Source of the DNA: Pararcticibacter sp.
GTDB lineage: Bacteria; Bacteroidota; Bacteroidia; Sphingobacteriales; Sphingobacteriaceae
Reading direction: 5' to 3'
Assembly: GCA_031981225.1 (NCBI GenBank)
Contig: DALYUO010000002.1
Coordinates: forward strand, 23,670-62,437
Length of the DNA stretch: 38,768 nucleotides
Below, in pieces: positions 27,903 through 36,677 of the stretch (positions within the stretch are counted from its first letter, which is position 1; each line of letters begins with the position of its first letter). The notes under the pieces were generated by a model. That model was not told the origin of the DNA. It was given only the letters and a program-made list of their open reading frames with translations, and made no database searches. The position numbers and the translations under genes are program-made.

Positions 27903-28717
27903 TTAGGAACTTTTAACTATTTCAAGTTTATAGTCGTGATTTAACTGATAGAACCCGTATATTCATCACTATTCTTAGGCTTAAATTGTGTTTTATCCGA
28001 CTTACCTTTTTGGCATAAATCCAAAAAATCCTTAAGCGAGATCTTCTTGCCCGAAATCTCACGCCAAACTGTAAACTCGCACCTTATCTGATCATTCTTA
28101 TAATTAGAACATCCGTATGCCCAGGGGTTCACCGAAATACTTCCTGTTTTGCACTTAGGACATTTAGTCAACTCAAAATCAAACTTTACCTGAAAGCTAT
28201 CATCAAGAAAAAGTTTAGCGCCAAACGTTTTTTGGCTGTTGCTTAAAAAATCTATTCTATAATCCGTAGAGCTGCCATTTAAAAGAACCTCGGCCTCATT
28301 TTCTGATAGAAGAACACCTGCAACATTCCTGTTTATATACAAATCGCACTCCTTATTATTAAAAAAGTCCTCGCAAATAAAGGTTTTATGGGAAATCCGC
28401 ACCTGCTTACCACATTTAGGGCAGGGAGTGTCTAATGACTTATCCTGAAAATGAGGCTTAATAATTCCATCATCAATAACCAACTTAGCAGAAAACGGCT
28501 TATTTTCTTTGTTAATCAGATCATCAAAAAAATCAGTTTCTTTCTGATCGGCAAGCTGCTCAACAATCTTCCATGTCATTTCCTTTCCGAAATACGTTTT
28601 AAAAATCGTAAAGCTGCATTTATCATCTATACTTTTGAAATGGTTACACATATAACCCTTTGCCCCTTCTATCAAATTACCTTGATTGCAAACGGGGCAT
28701 TTAGCGATATTTTCCAT
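27903..28717 (-). CDS. Topoisomerase C-terminal repeat / zinc-ribbon protein with no catalytic domain
   Basis: Three CPxC...C...C-F-I/V modules with FSAKL/FGAKL repeats; ATG 28717. The as-read stop is at 27941; a 1-nt shift extends the frame to 27903. Confidence 0.8.
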
Positions 28718-28751
28718 ATATGAGATATTGATATATTGATACATAATAATT

Positions 28752-29447
28752 TTAGGTGAAACCGTTTTTTTGGGCCAAATAGCCCAAAAAAGACAAATAT
28801 TTTTTATCGCTCGGTTTGTGTGTTTTAATATTACTCCGCTTGCCAAGTTGCCTATGAAATGAAAAATAAGAGAATTGGTTTCGGTTGATGCTTACCGTTT
28901 TGAAAGGCGTTGCGTTGGTAACGGCAGTAACAATGTCATTGCCCAGGGCAAATGAGCAATCTTTGTTTGTAAGCCAAAGCGAAGCTTTGCAGTCATAAAT
29001 TTTACCGATTATATCATTGGTAAATACTGTATGAAACTTACTTTCTTTAAATTTCTTTTTAAGCAGGTCAATTTGTTGTTTTGAGGGGCAAACACCCAAA
29101 GCGACAAACAGGCAACGGCTAAAATCGTTAAACTTTGAGCTTTTCAGATGGGCAAATGCAATTGCCTCCATAGCTGAAAAAAACAAAAAAACATTTGTTG
29201 GTTTGTGTTGATCTCCGGCAAACCAAAGGCCGTTTGTACAAACGAGTTTTACGGTTTTAAACCCGAACAACTCACTATCTTTAAGATCGCCATTAGCATA
29301 GTAATTAAAAACCAATCTTCCGGCATGGTCAAAATGCAATGAATTATTAAAAAGACGCTGGACCGCAAGTCCAACGCCTAAAACTGAAAGTAGGGGACTA
29401 AAGCTTTTATCTGCCTCGGCCTCTTGAATTTTCGATATCGTTTTCAT
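28752..29447 (-). CDS. Degenerate TOPRIM/primase-like protein
   Basis: NVFLFFSAMEAIAF and FTNDIIG align by eye with TOPRIM motifs (FESAIDALS, DNDxAG) but lack key acidic residues; start uncertain. Confidence 0.5.
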   Translation of the reverse strand: MKTISKIQEAEADKSFSPLLSVLGVGLAVQRLFNNSLHFDHAGRLVFNYYANGDLKDSELFGFKTVKLVCTNGLWFAGDQHKPTNVFLFFSAMEAIAFAHLKSSKFNDFSRCLFVALGVCPSKQQIDLLKKKFKESKFHTVFTNDIIGKIYDCKASLWLTNKDCSFALGNDIVTAVTNATPFKTVSINRNQFSYFSFHRQLGKRSNIKTHKPSDKKYLSFLGYLAQKNGFT

Positions 29448-30642
29448 CTTCGCCTACAGGGTTATTTTTGCCATGATCGGGGTCGTTAACGTTTTTCTCG
29501 TTCATTACATCATCTGCATCTTTAATACTTAAAGTGTTCAATTGTGCGGGTGACATTGCCGAAGCGTTGCTAAATTCATGCTTTACGACATTTATTTCGT
29601 TGGCTATTGATTTATCATTAGGGAATTTTTGTTGCTTGCGCTCCAATAGTTTTTCAACCTCCTTTAAGGCTGTCAAATACCCCTTGGAATATGATTGTTC
29701 CTCTGCTGACTGTTTGCCCAACAAACGGCTTATACCCGTAACCAATAGGTAGCTTAAGCCCCCATCCAAAAGAAGCGACAGTACTAAGGCGCTTCGATTT
29801 GATCGTAGGCCGTTTTTATCAGTCGTTCTATACTGAACTTCTGTACCGTCGGCCAAGGTAATAACCTCACCTTCTCTAAGCTTTCGCTTTTTCTCAAAAT
29901 CGAGCTTCTCGTTATTGATAGCCTCTGGTACTTTCAATTTCGCCGGATTGTAACTCATAAACTGTTTAGTTTGCGGGTCATATTCTATGACAGAACTGCG
30001 ATCTTGCTCATTAGGCTTAATCTCTCTGGCATTTACAACCTCCCAAGTGTTACGGTTTACTATCTTCTTTTCAAAGGAAGTTACTTCCCCATTGTCATTT
30101 TTGACCGGAGCGGAAACCTCTACAGGTCTGTTGCCCAAATTATTCAGCTTTACCCTGTCTCCAATTTTATGTCCCGATTCGCTCAAAGCCCTTTCTAAAT
30201 CTACCCCCCAAACATGCTTTGTAGTATTGTCGTTTTTAGCTATTTCTATATAATAATTCGGTTTTTCTGTCGGGTCGAAATTGAAGAAGTCTCTACCGTG
30301 GGAAACTATAGTACCGTATATTGAGCCTGTTTTTTTAACGTTGGCTTGCTCGCCTTTAACAAGATTTTCCTTTTCCTCTGTTTCCAAAAGCGGATGATCT
30401 TGTATCTCATTATAAACAGGGTCAATCCTTAATTTACTTTCACCATCCTGATCTACGACGGATAGTCGTGCTTTCATTGATTCAATTTCAGAACCTACAT
30501 TTTTAAGTTCAACAAGGTCGGTCATGTTTCCACGCTTCAAGGCATTAATGTTTTCCCTGTCCATAGTGATTGAACCTTCTTTATACAAACCCACATTTTC
30601 GAGGTCTTTTAAAGGCAATTGATTATTTAATTGTTCTTTCAT
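29407..30642 (-). CDS. DUF4099/DUF3945-like conjugative-element protein
   Basis: LENVGL...ALKRGNMTDLV...ARLSV N-terminal pattern; C-terminal RGRGR; start at ATG 30642. Confidence 0.65.
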   Translation of the reverse strand: MKEQLNNQLPLKDLENVGLYKEGSITMDRENINALKRGNMTDLVELKNVGSEIESMKARLSVVDQDGESKLRIDPVYNEIQDHPLLETEEKENLVKGEQANVKKTGSIYGTIVSHGRDFFNFDPTEKPNYYIEIAKNDNTTKHVWGVDLERALSESGHKIGDRVKLNNLGNRPVEVSAPVKNDNGEVTSFEKKIVNRNTWEVVNAREIKPNEQDRSSVIEYDPQTKQFMSYNPAKLKVPEAINNEKLDFEKKRKLREGEVITLADGTEVQYRTTDKNGLRSNRSALVLSLLLDGGLSYLLVTGISRLLGKQSAEEQSYSKGYLTALKEVEKLLERKQQKFPNDKSIANEINVVKHEFSNASAMSPAQLNTLSIKDADDVMNEKNVNDPDHGKNNPVGEDENDIENSRGRGR

Positions 30643-30658
30643 GTTACTAAGATTTTGA

Positions 30659-31894
30659 TTAGATTTTTCTTTTGAAACTATTGTCCCCCTGGGCAACAAA
30701 TTCCCGTGTGGTCGAAATACTATAATCAGGTTCCTTGGTCATTTTTTCAACTGCATCAAGCACTGAAACTGCATTTCTATTGGTTCTTTTGACCTCCACC
30801 AAAGAGTTAAAAAGCCCGTCATTTACTGTAAGCTGCACTTTATGCTTATTTGATAAGTCCTGTATCAAAAAGGTTTTTTTATCGGCCTCCAATACTTCGT
30901 ATGTGGTAGTGTTGTATTTGATTTTATCCCCGGCCTGCAAAGTATTTGGGTTATATTCCTGTGCTTTTGTAGTCTCCTGATTTTGCTCGATTTTCTTTTC
31001 AAAGGCCATAACATAATCAAATATGCGCTGTGCATCGGCTGCTGCTGCATGGATTTCATAAGGGGTATCGGTTAAAACCTTAATCCAACTATCAACGTAA
31101 GCAATATGTTGTTTGGGGTCATGGCCTATTTTAAGTTCATTACCTAAAATCATGGAAGCGATTTCTGCCCGCAATTCCTCTCGAGCATAATCAGGCGTTC
31201 CGAACCTGTTGACCAACTCCCTGTCAAGCCTGGAATGATGGCCTGTCCAATGGCCTAACTCGTGCAGTAGGGTAGAATAATAGCGGTCGGCTGTTTCAAA
31301 CTGGGGGCGCTCCGGCATATTTATTTTATCAAAAAGAGGCGCATAATAAGCCCTGTCACCTGCAACATGCTCCACTTTTGCGCCCGAAGACTTAACGATA
31401 CTTTCTGCTCTGGCAACCTTTTCCCATAGTTCATTATCTCTTATCTCCCTAACTGGTAAAGGTGGCACACCTTTAATTTGCTCTGCATTAAATACCCATG
31501 CTTTGGTAACAATGGGACTGGTTAATTCCACTTTAATTTTCACGGGTTTTCCATCCGTGCCAATGACTGGCCGTTTGTTTTCGTCAAGCTTAGTTCTTAG
31601 ATCATGGGTCTTTACAAAGTTTATCATAAACCCCTTTGCCCCCTTTTGTACCTGCCAACCTTCGCTTTCAGCTTGCTTGAAGGTTGCCCAACGTGGGTCA
31701 CCATAAGGGCTGAACAAATGGAGATACAAAGCATTTAAACCTTTGTATGGATTGCCCGTAACGGCATTATAGGGCATACTATAATCAGTTCCGGCACTAT
31801 TCCAGGGCTTTTGCCAAGGGGCAATTCCTTGCTTAAGCTGCTCGATGATCTTTTCGGCAACCAACTCATACATTTTCTTTGTTTCAGTAGCCAT
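30659..31894 (-). CDS. ardC: ArdC-family ssDNA-binding antirestriction protein with a zincin-like domain
   Basis: PWQKPW, YKGLN, W-TFKQA, VFNAEQ, HELGHWTGH--RL-R and YAREELRAEI motifs; start at ATG 31894. Confidence 0.9.
   Translation of the reverse strand: MATETKKMYELVAEKIIEQLKQGIAPWQKPWNSAGTDYSMPYNAVTGNPYKGLNALYLHLFSPYGDPRWATFKQAESEGWQVQKGAKGFMINFVKTHDLRTKLDENKRPVIGTDGKPVKIKVELTSPIVTKAWVFNAEQIKGVPPLPVREIRDNELWEKVARAESIVKSSGAKVEHVAGDRAYYAPLFDKINMPERPQFETADRYYSTLLHELGHWTGHHSRLDRELVNRFGTPDYAREELRAEIASMILGNELKIGHDPKQHIAYVDSWIKVLTDTPYEIHAAAADAQRIFDYVMAFEKKIEQNQETTKAQEYNPNTLQAGDKIKYNTTTYEVLEADKKTFLIQDLSNKHKVQLTVNDGLFNSLVEVKRTNRNAVSVLDAVEKMTKEPDYSISTTREFVAQGDNSFKRKI
30710..30725 (+). repeat. Lone iteron inside the ardC 3' end
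   Basis: TGGTCGAAATACTATAAT (30709-30726) is 18/18 identical to 19401-19418. Confidence 0.78.
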
Positions 31895-32066
31895 TGGTGG
31901 CCTCCTTTCCCTCGTCCTCCAAATCTTCATCAGGAAGCACGTCTGCAACATCTACACCGTATAATTCTGCTTCGGCTTTATTGAGTTCTATACTTGCGCC
32001 CTCGGCCACAAGCTGCAATTTATTTTGCAATGAAATTTCTGTTTTGGTCTTAACTGACATAATCAC
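31884..32066 (-). CDS. Small acidic protein
   Basis: 60 aa with a D/E-rich C-terminus; overlaps both neighbours in an operon-like way. Confidence 0.6.
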   Translation of the reverse strand: MIMSVKTKTEISLQNKLQLVAEGASIELNKAEAELYGVDVADVLPDEDLEDEGKEATNGY

Positions 32067-32707
32067 TTGTTTTGGGTTAGAAAATTGGTTAGTTGCTCTT
32101 TTCGGTTTACTGTTAAAATTTCCTTTAGGAATGGAAGGGGATTAATACTTTGCCCCTTATGCTTTACTATAAAATGCAAATGCTCCCCAGTAACTCGGCC
32201 TGTTCGACCGCTACGGCCTACTATTGTTCCTGCTTTTACCAAATCCCCGGCCTTGACAAATCTTACTGATAAATGGCCGTAGGTCGTTTCATAAAAACCA
32301 TGATTTACGACAACGTAGTTGCCAATGATATCATCATAGCTTGATATTACAACAGTTCCATGAAGAACCGAATAGATATTAGCCTGACGTGCGGAAAGGT
32401 CAATTCCGTTATGGAATTTCAGGTTTCCCAGTATGGGATGAATGCGGTACCCAAATCCCGAAGTAAGTTTAATATTTGCCAAAGGCAAAGAAGACAATTC
32501 GAGGGGTTCTCGCTCGGGTAAATAATTTGAGGTATAAACGGTGTCCTTAACAATTTTGAGTTTGACAACCGTGTCTTTGACAATGCTTTTCTTCTTAACG
32601 GCTATGGTATTAATATCCTCTAAACTTATAATAGAGTTGAACTCTTGGGAATAGCCATTTACAGCAAAAAGAAAAAAAGTGAGAAATAAAATTTTAAAGT
32701 GTTTCAT
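32063..32707 (-). CDS. M23 family metallopeptidase
   Basis: Signal peptide, SGFGYRIHP, HNGID (HxxxD), YGHL and HLHF (HxH). Confidence 0.92.
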   Translation of the reverse strand: MKHFKILFLTFFLFAVNGYSQEFNSIISLEDINTIAVKKKSIVKDTVVKLKIVKDTVYTSNYLPEREPLELSSLPLANIKLTSGFGYRIHPILGNLKFHNGIDLSARQANIYSVLHGTVVISSYDDIIGNYVVVNHGFYETTYGHLSVRFVKAGDLVKAGTIVGRSGRTGRVTGEHLHFIVKHKGQSINPLPFLKEILTVNRKEQLTNFLTQNK

Positions 32708-32714
32708 ACGCTTT

Positions 32715-32950
32715 ACTATCAAAAAGGTAAATGATCAACCGGGCGGCCAATGAATTATACTATCAGAATGATTGTACCTGGTCTCTGCAGAGAACCAAAC
32801 TGCTATCATTATCTTTCCTCCGGAAGATCTCCAGGAACAATAAATGCTATCAAATACAGCTGAGGATCTTCGTGCCGGCAAAAATATTTACTATCATTTA
32901 ACTGGTGGCGCTGCCCTGATCTGCGGATGCTCCGCTTTAAGTATGATAGC
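32715..32950. repeat. 44-bp-period RCTATCA array D with an inverted terminal unit
   Basis: Boxes at 32715, 32759, 32802, 32846 and 32890; inverted TGATAGC at 32944. Fills almost the whole T4CP-M23 gap. Confidence 0.9.
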
Positions 32951-32951
32951 A

Positions 32952-34928
32952 TTAATTAGAATAGTACTGAATGATACCTTCTACGTCTTTGCGGATTTTG
33001 AGAAAATTACTATTTAAGATTTTTGCTTTGTTGCCTTTAAAGTCATAGAAGTTGGGCAACTCCCGATATCCTTTTTCTTCCCGTTGTATATCTGCCAAAT
33101 TAAGATTGACTTTGCAATGAACGTTTGATGTGGTGTGCTTGCCTGTATAATCATTGTTTACATCTGTGGCAATCAAACCAACTAATTCACCCGTGCCTAA
33201 CTGGGCGATTTTTCCGGCAGGAATAAGAGGGTCGTATTTTTCATTTAGGGATACCGATGTTTTGGAGCGGTCAATGCTTAAGCCTTCGCCTATTTGTTTT
33301 TTCTTTCCGAATAGGCGCTCTAACCAGTCTAATGTTTCCTTATTCCTAACCGAACCCGATATTACATTGCCGATTACTGCGGTGATAGTTGTAGCGGTGT
33401 CTTTACCCTGCAATTGCTTTAACTGGGGCAACTCCTGCAAACCCAACAATACCGCCACCTTATTACTTCTTGCCGTTGAGATCAAATTTTCAATTTTATG
33501 AATAAACAGGGTAGGGGCTTCATCCGCAATAATTGCTGTAGGTAAATTGCCCTTGGTATTAATAAGCCTCGTTAGGCGGTTTACCACTACAGAATAACAA
33601 GTTGAATTGATATTTTGGGTTGCGGGGCTATTTGCCAAAATTAGTATTGATGGGTGTTTCGGGTCGCTGATCTTTAAATTAAAATCATCTGCTGAAAATA
33701 CCCAGGCAGTTTCCTCGGTGTTTAGCCTTGAAATAAAAATCTTTAATGTACCGATCTGACCCTCCAACTGGTCGTAAGCTTTTTTCTGTAATGCCGAAGC
33801 AAAGGGAGATAACAAACTTTCAAGTACGGGATAGGTATTCAGACAGGTAAAGATTTCTTCGTATGTTCGGTTTAAAAATGCCAATAAGTGGGCAAATGTC
33901 GAATACTTGCCTTTTTCATGGCGTGAAACGAAAAATATGCAGGATGCTAAAAAGTTTACTGCGGATTGAGTAAAAAACTTCTCGCTTCCTCCACTACTAT
34001 CACTTTTTTGCAAGCTTTCTACGATTGCTTCTGCTGTTTCCGATGCATCAGCAAGGGTTTCTATGTAGTCGGCCCGTAAGGGGTTTATCCTGCGGCTTTT
34101 TTCAACCTTGTCTAAATTAATAACGTTAAACTGGTAGTCTTTAATCTTATTATTCTGCTTGGCTAACAGGTAATGGTAATAGGCAATTTGCCCCAGGTCG
34201 GGAAACTTAAAATCGTATAAGCACATGGTATAACCTTTGGCTATCATTTGCCGGATAAAAGGATTAACAACCCCAAAAGATTTTCCAGAACCCGGCGTTC
34301 CGATCAGGATAGTTCCCCGAAACGGGTTTACCACGTTTATAAAACCGTTATACACTTTCTTTTTATAATAGAACTGCATCGGGATATTAACTGAATAGGG
34401 GGTAATATCCGCTTTAACCGACTGCATAAAGCTTTCACCTTCAACATTCCATTCGTCTTTACCAAAACCGCTATGTATGATTTTTGAAATGTTATCCATT
34501 GAGGTATGAATAAGAACGGCACCTATCAATGAAGCTGCTATAAATCCAACATTGTACCATGAAGTATAGGGAAAGGCATCGTTCCCGTGTTGATTTAAAA
34601 ACCATATACTACCGAAAAAAAACAAAAGGCCGATTACTAAAGGGTAAACAATATGTTTTTTAGGGTCTAATTCAAGCTTCTTTTTGCTTAACGTTCCGAT
34701 TGAAACCAAACAGATAATAACTAAGATGGTGAACTTACTATAAAAGATGTTTTTATAGAGCGCCATTTGTGACAGCTTTTCAAAAATATGTGCAAGGCCA
34801 TTGCCGAACTTCCCTGAAATAAATATTCGATCTGCATAGATGAATATTATAATTTCAAAAAAAACCAACAAATACACTACGAATTGTAGCATCCCGTGCA
34901 GCTTTTGTAATTCCTTTTTCTCTTCCAT
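32952..34928 (-). CDS. Type IV coupling protein (VirD4/TraG-like, Bacteroidota MobC)
   Basis: N-terminal TM region, NPFRG, Walker A GTPGSGKS, YDFKFPDL, Walker B IIADE and ARSNKV motifs. Confidence 0.92.
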   Translation of the reverse strand: MEEKKELQKLHGMLQFVVYLLVFFEIIIFIYADRIFISGKFGNGLAHIFEKLSQMALYKNIFYSKFTILVIICLVSIGTLSKKKLELDPKKHIVYPLVIGLLFFFGSIWFLNQHGNDAFPYTSWYNVGFIAASLIGAVLIHTSMDNISKIIHSGFGKDEWNVEGESFMQSVKADITPYSVNIPMQFYYKKKVYNGFINVVNPFRGTILIGTPGSGKSFGVVNPFIRQMIAKGYTMCLYDFKFPDLGQIAYYHYLLAKQNNKIKDYQFNVINLDKVEKSRRINPLRADYIETLADASETAEAIVESLQKSDSSGGSEKFFTQSAVNFLASCIFFVSRHEKGKYSTFAHLLAFLNRTYEEIFTCLNTYPVLESLLSPFASALQKKAYDQLEGQIGTLKIFISRLNTEETAWVFSADDFNLKISDPKHPSILILANSPATQNINSTCYSVVVNRLTRLINTKGNLPTAIIADEAPTLFIHKIENLISTARSNKVAVLLGLQELPQLKQLQGKDTATTITAVIGNVISGSVRNKETLDWLERLFGKKKQIGEGLSIDRSKTSVSLNEKYDPLIPAGKIAQLGTGELVGLIATDVNNDYTGKHTTSNVHCKVNLNLADIQREEKGYRELPNFYDFKGNKAKILNSNFLKIRKDVEGIIQYYSN

Positions 34929-35002
34929 TTTATAAAAGTTAGGGTATAAAAAAAGATGGCAATTACTTACCATCTTCCTTAATGATTCGGCTATTAAGCC
35001 CT

Positions 35003-35341
35003 TTAAGCAAATACGTTGTGGTAAACTACTTTGCAGATTTCATATAACATCAACGTCCAAAAAAAGGCTGCTACAATAACTACAAAGGCTATAATCTTAT
35101 TTTTCTTTGACCAGTTGATTAACCTGGTCTTTTTATATACCATCGAACGAATAATGACAGTAAACAAAGTACCTTCGACCATTAACAGGCCAAAGGCAAT
35201 TGCAAATACAATGATGCCCGTTTTGCCTTGAAAAATATATGGCTCGCTTATCAGGGCCAAAACAACAAGGGCGATACCCGTTGCTATAAAGCCAAGATGT
35301 GGCAGCCTGACAATTGGCGGTTGTTGAATTATACTTTCCAT
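35003..35341 (-). CDS. Small 3-TM membrane protein in the tra operon
   Basis: Three hydrophobic segments; operon spacing. Confidence 0.65.
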   Translation of the reverse strand: MESIIQQPPIVRLPHLGFIATGIALVVLALISEPYIFQGKTGIIVFAIAFGLLMVEGTLFTVIIRSMVYKKTRLINWSKKNKIIAFVVIVAAFFWTLMLYEICKVVYHNVFA

Positions 35342-35347
35342 TGTTTT

Positions 35348-35818
35348 TTAATTTATTGGTATCCTGATACCTGCTTCAAGGCCAATGCGCCATTTATCCG
35401 CTTTGTCACCCCAAAACAAGACCTGATTACGGTTGATTATAAGAAGATCGAAACCCTTTCCGATGCTTTGAGCATACTCTAAGCCAAGCTGTGGGGCTGC
35501 GACAAACTTTCGGGTTGTAGAACCTATCCCTGCGCCCAACCTAAACCTTAAAGCAGTATTACCGCTTCTAAACATAACAGGTTTAAGTACAAAGCCACCC
35601 ATGATGGTTTTAAGGTCATGGTTTTTATAGTTTTGGTAGTATTCAGCGAAGATTTCATTTTGATTAAAATACTTTGTGCTGATATCAAAACTTAGCGTTC
35701 CCGTGAATGCGTTCTTTGCAACCCAACCACCCCTTAAGCTGAAAAACTTAGTTCCGTTCTGCGCCTTAACATTTATGGCTGCCATAAATATAAAGGCAAA
35801 TATTAATGCCTTTTTCAT
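35348..35818 (-). CDS. traO: Conjugal transfer outer-membrane beta-barrel, TraO-like
   Basis: Signal peptide, amphipathic beta strands, position directly after TraN. Confidence 0.55.
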   Translation of the reverse strand: MKKALIFAFIFMAAINVKAQNGTKFFSLRGGWVAKNAFTGTLSFDISTKYFNQNEIFAEYYQNYKNHDLKTIMGGFVLKPVMFRSGNTALRFRLGAGIGSTTRKFVAAPQLGLEYAQSIGKGFDLLIINRNQVLFWGDKADKWRIGLEAGIRIPIN

Positions 35819-36666
35819 TATAGAGTATCTGCGTTAAGTACGTCTGAATAATCAAGCTGTAAGGTGATCACACGACCAGAAATTTGTTTTTCCGTAAGCT
35901 CAATGGCTAAAACTTTGTTATCGGGAAAGGTGAATTTCTTAAATGCAAATACGTTCCTGTAAGTCCTTTTAAAAGATGCTTTATCATAAAGCTGATAAAC
36001 TGGCTTTACCTCAATCGACTGCACGTTTGTAGCCTTTGTAATCCGCTTATCATCAATTTTAAAACGAAACTCGTCTACATCATATTTAAGATTTGTATTA
36101 TTTGAATATGTCACGTCAATAAAAACATAATCATCTACCGTATAGACATTATTAACCTGTGCATCCATACCATAAGCTGACGAGCGGATGGCGTGGGTTT
36201 TAGTCCCTTTTTTTAGCGTTTGCAAAGCATAATTATGAAGGTCGGTCTGTGACATAGGGATATTGCCCACATCTAAAGGATTTGTGTTTTTGGGCAGGAT
36301 TTCAATTTGCGTCTGAACACTTTCTTCATTTTCTGTGTACCAAACGTCATACTGGGCGATAAATTTTTCTCCAACAATGGTAACAATTCCCAGGCTTCGA
36401 TTTACAAACCCGTAATGCTTTGCGCTATCAGGAATGAACTTTATTCTTAATACATTCTTAACTGGAAGGTCGCCCAACATGCTTTTTGTAGAAATATCAG
36501 CGTATTGAATTGGTTCGGGAGAAACAAAGTGCAATGATACATCCTGCGTTATGTAAATCTTTTCAAGCTTACTTTTTTGTAGTGTACCGTCCTTAATTTT
36601 TCCCTGTGAGTAGCCATTAAAGGCTAAAAGGAAAACCATTGATAATAATATAAGTATCTTTTTCAT
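35818..36666 (-). CDS. traN: Conjugative transposon TraN (DUF4138, VirB9-like)
   Basis: PEPIQYADIS, FKIDDK...KATNVQ and KFTFPDNKVL-IELTE...GR motifs. Confidence 0.88.
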   Translation of the reverse strand: MKKILILLSMVFLLAFNGYSQGKIKDGTLQKSKLEKIYITQDVSLHFVSPEPIQYADISTKSMLGDLPVKNVLRIKFIPDSAKHYGFVNRSLGIVTIVGEKFIAQYDVWYTENEESVQTQIEILPKNTNPLDVGNIPMSQTDLHNYALQTLKKGTKTHAIRSSAYGMDAQVNNVYTVDDYVFIDVTYSNNTNLKYDVDEFRFKIDDKRITKATNVQSIEVKPVYQLYDKASFKRTYRNVFAFKKFTFPDNKVLAIELTEKQISGRVITLQLDYSDVLNADTL

Positions 36667-36677
36667 GGGTCTGTGCT

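Noticed and set aside
32715..32950. The 44-bp arrays as CRISPR or TIGR arrays
   Set aside because: The conserved repeat is only 7-8 bp, spacers are related between arrays, no second fixed internal repeat is evident, and no cas or Nop-domain gene is present in the window.
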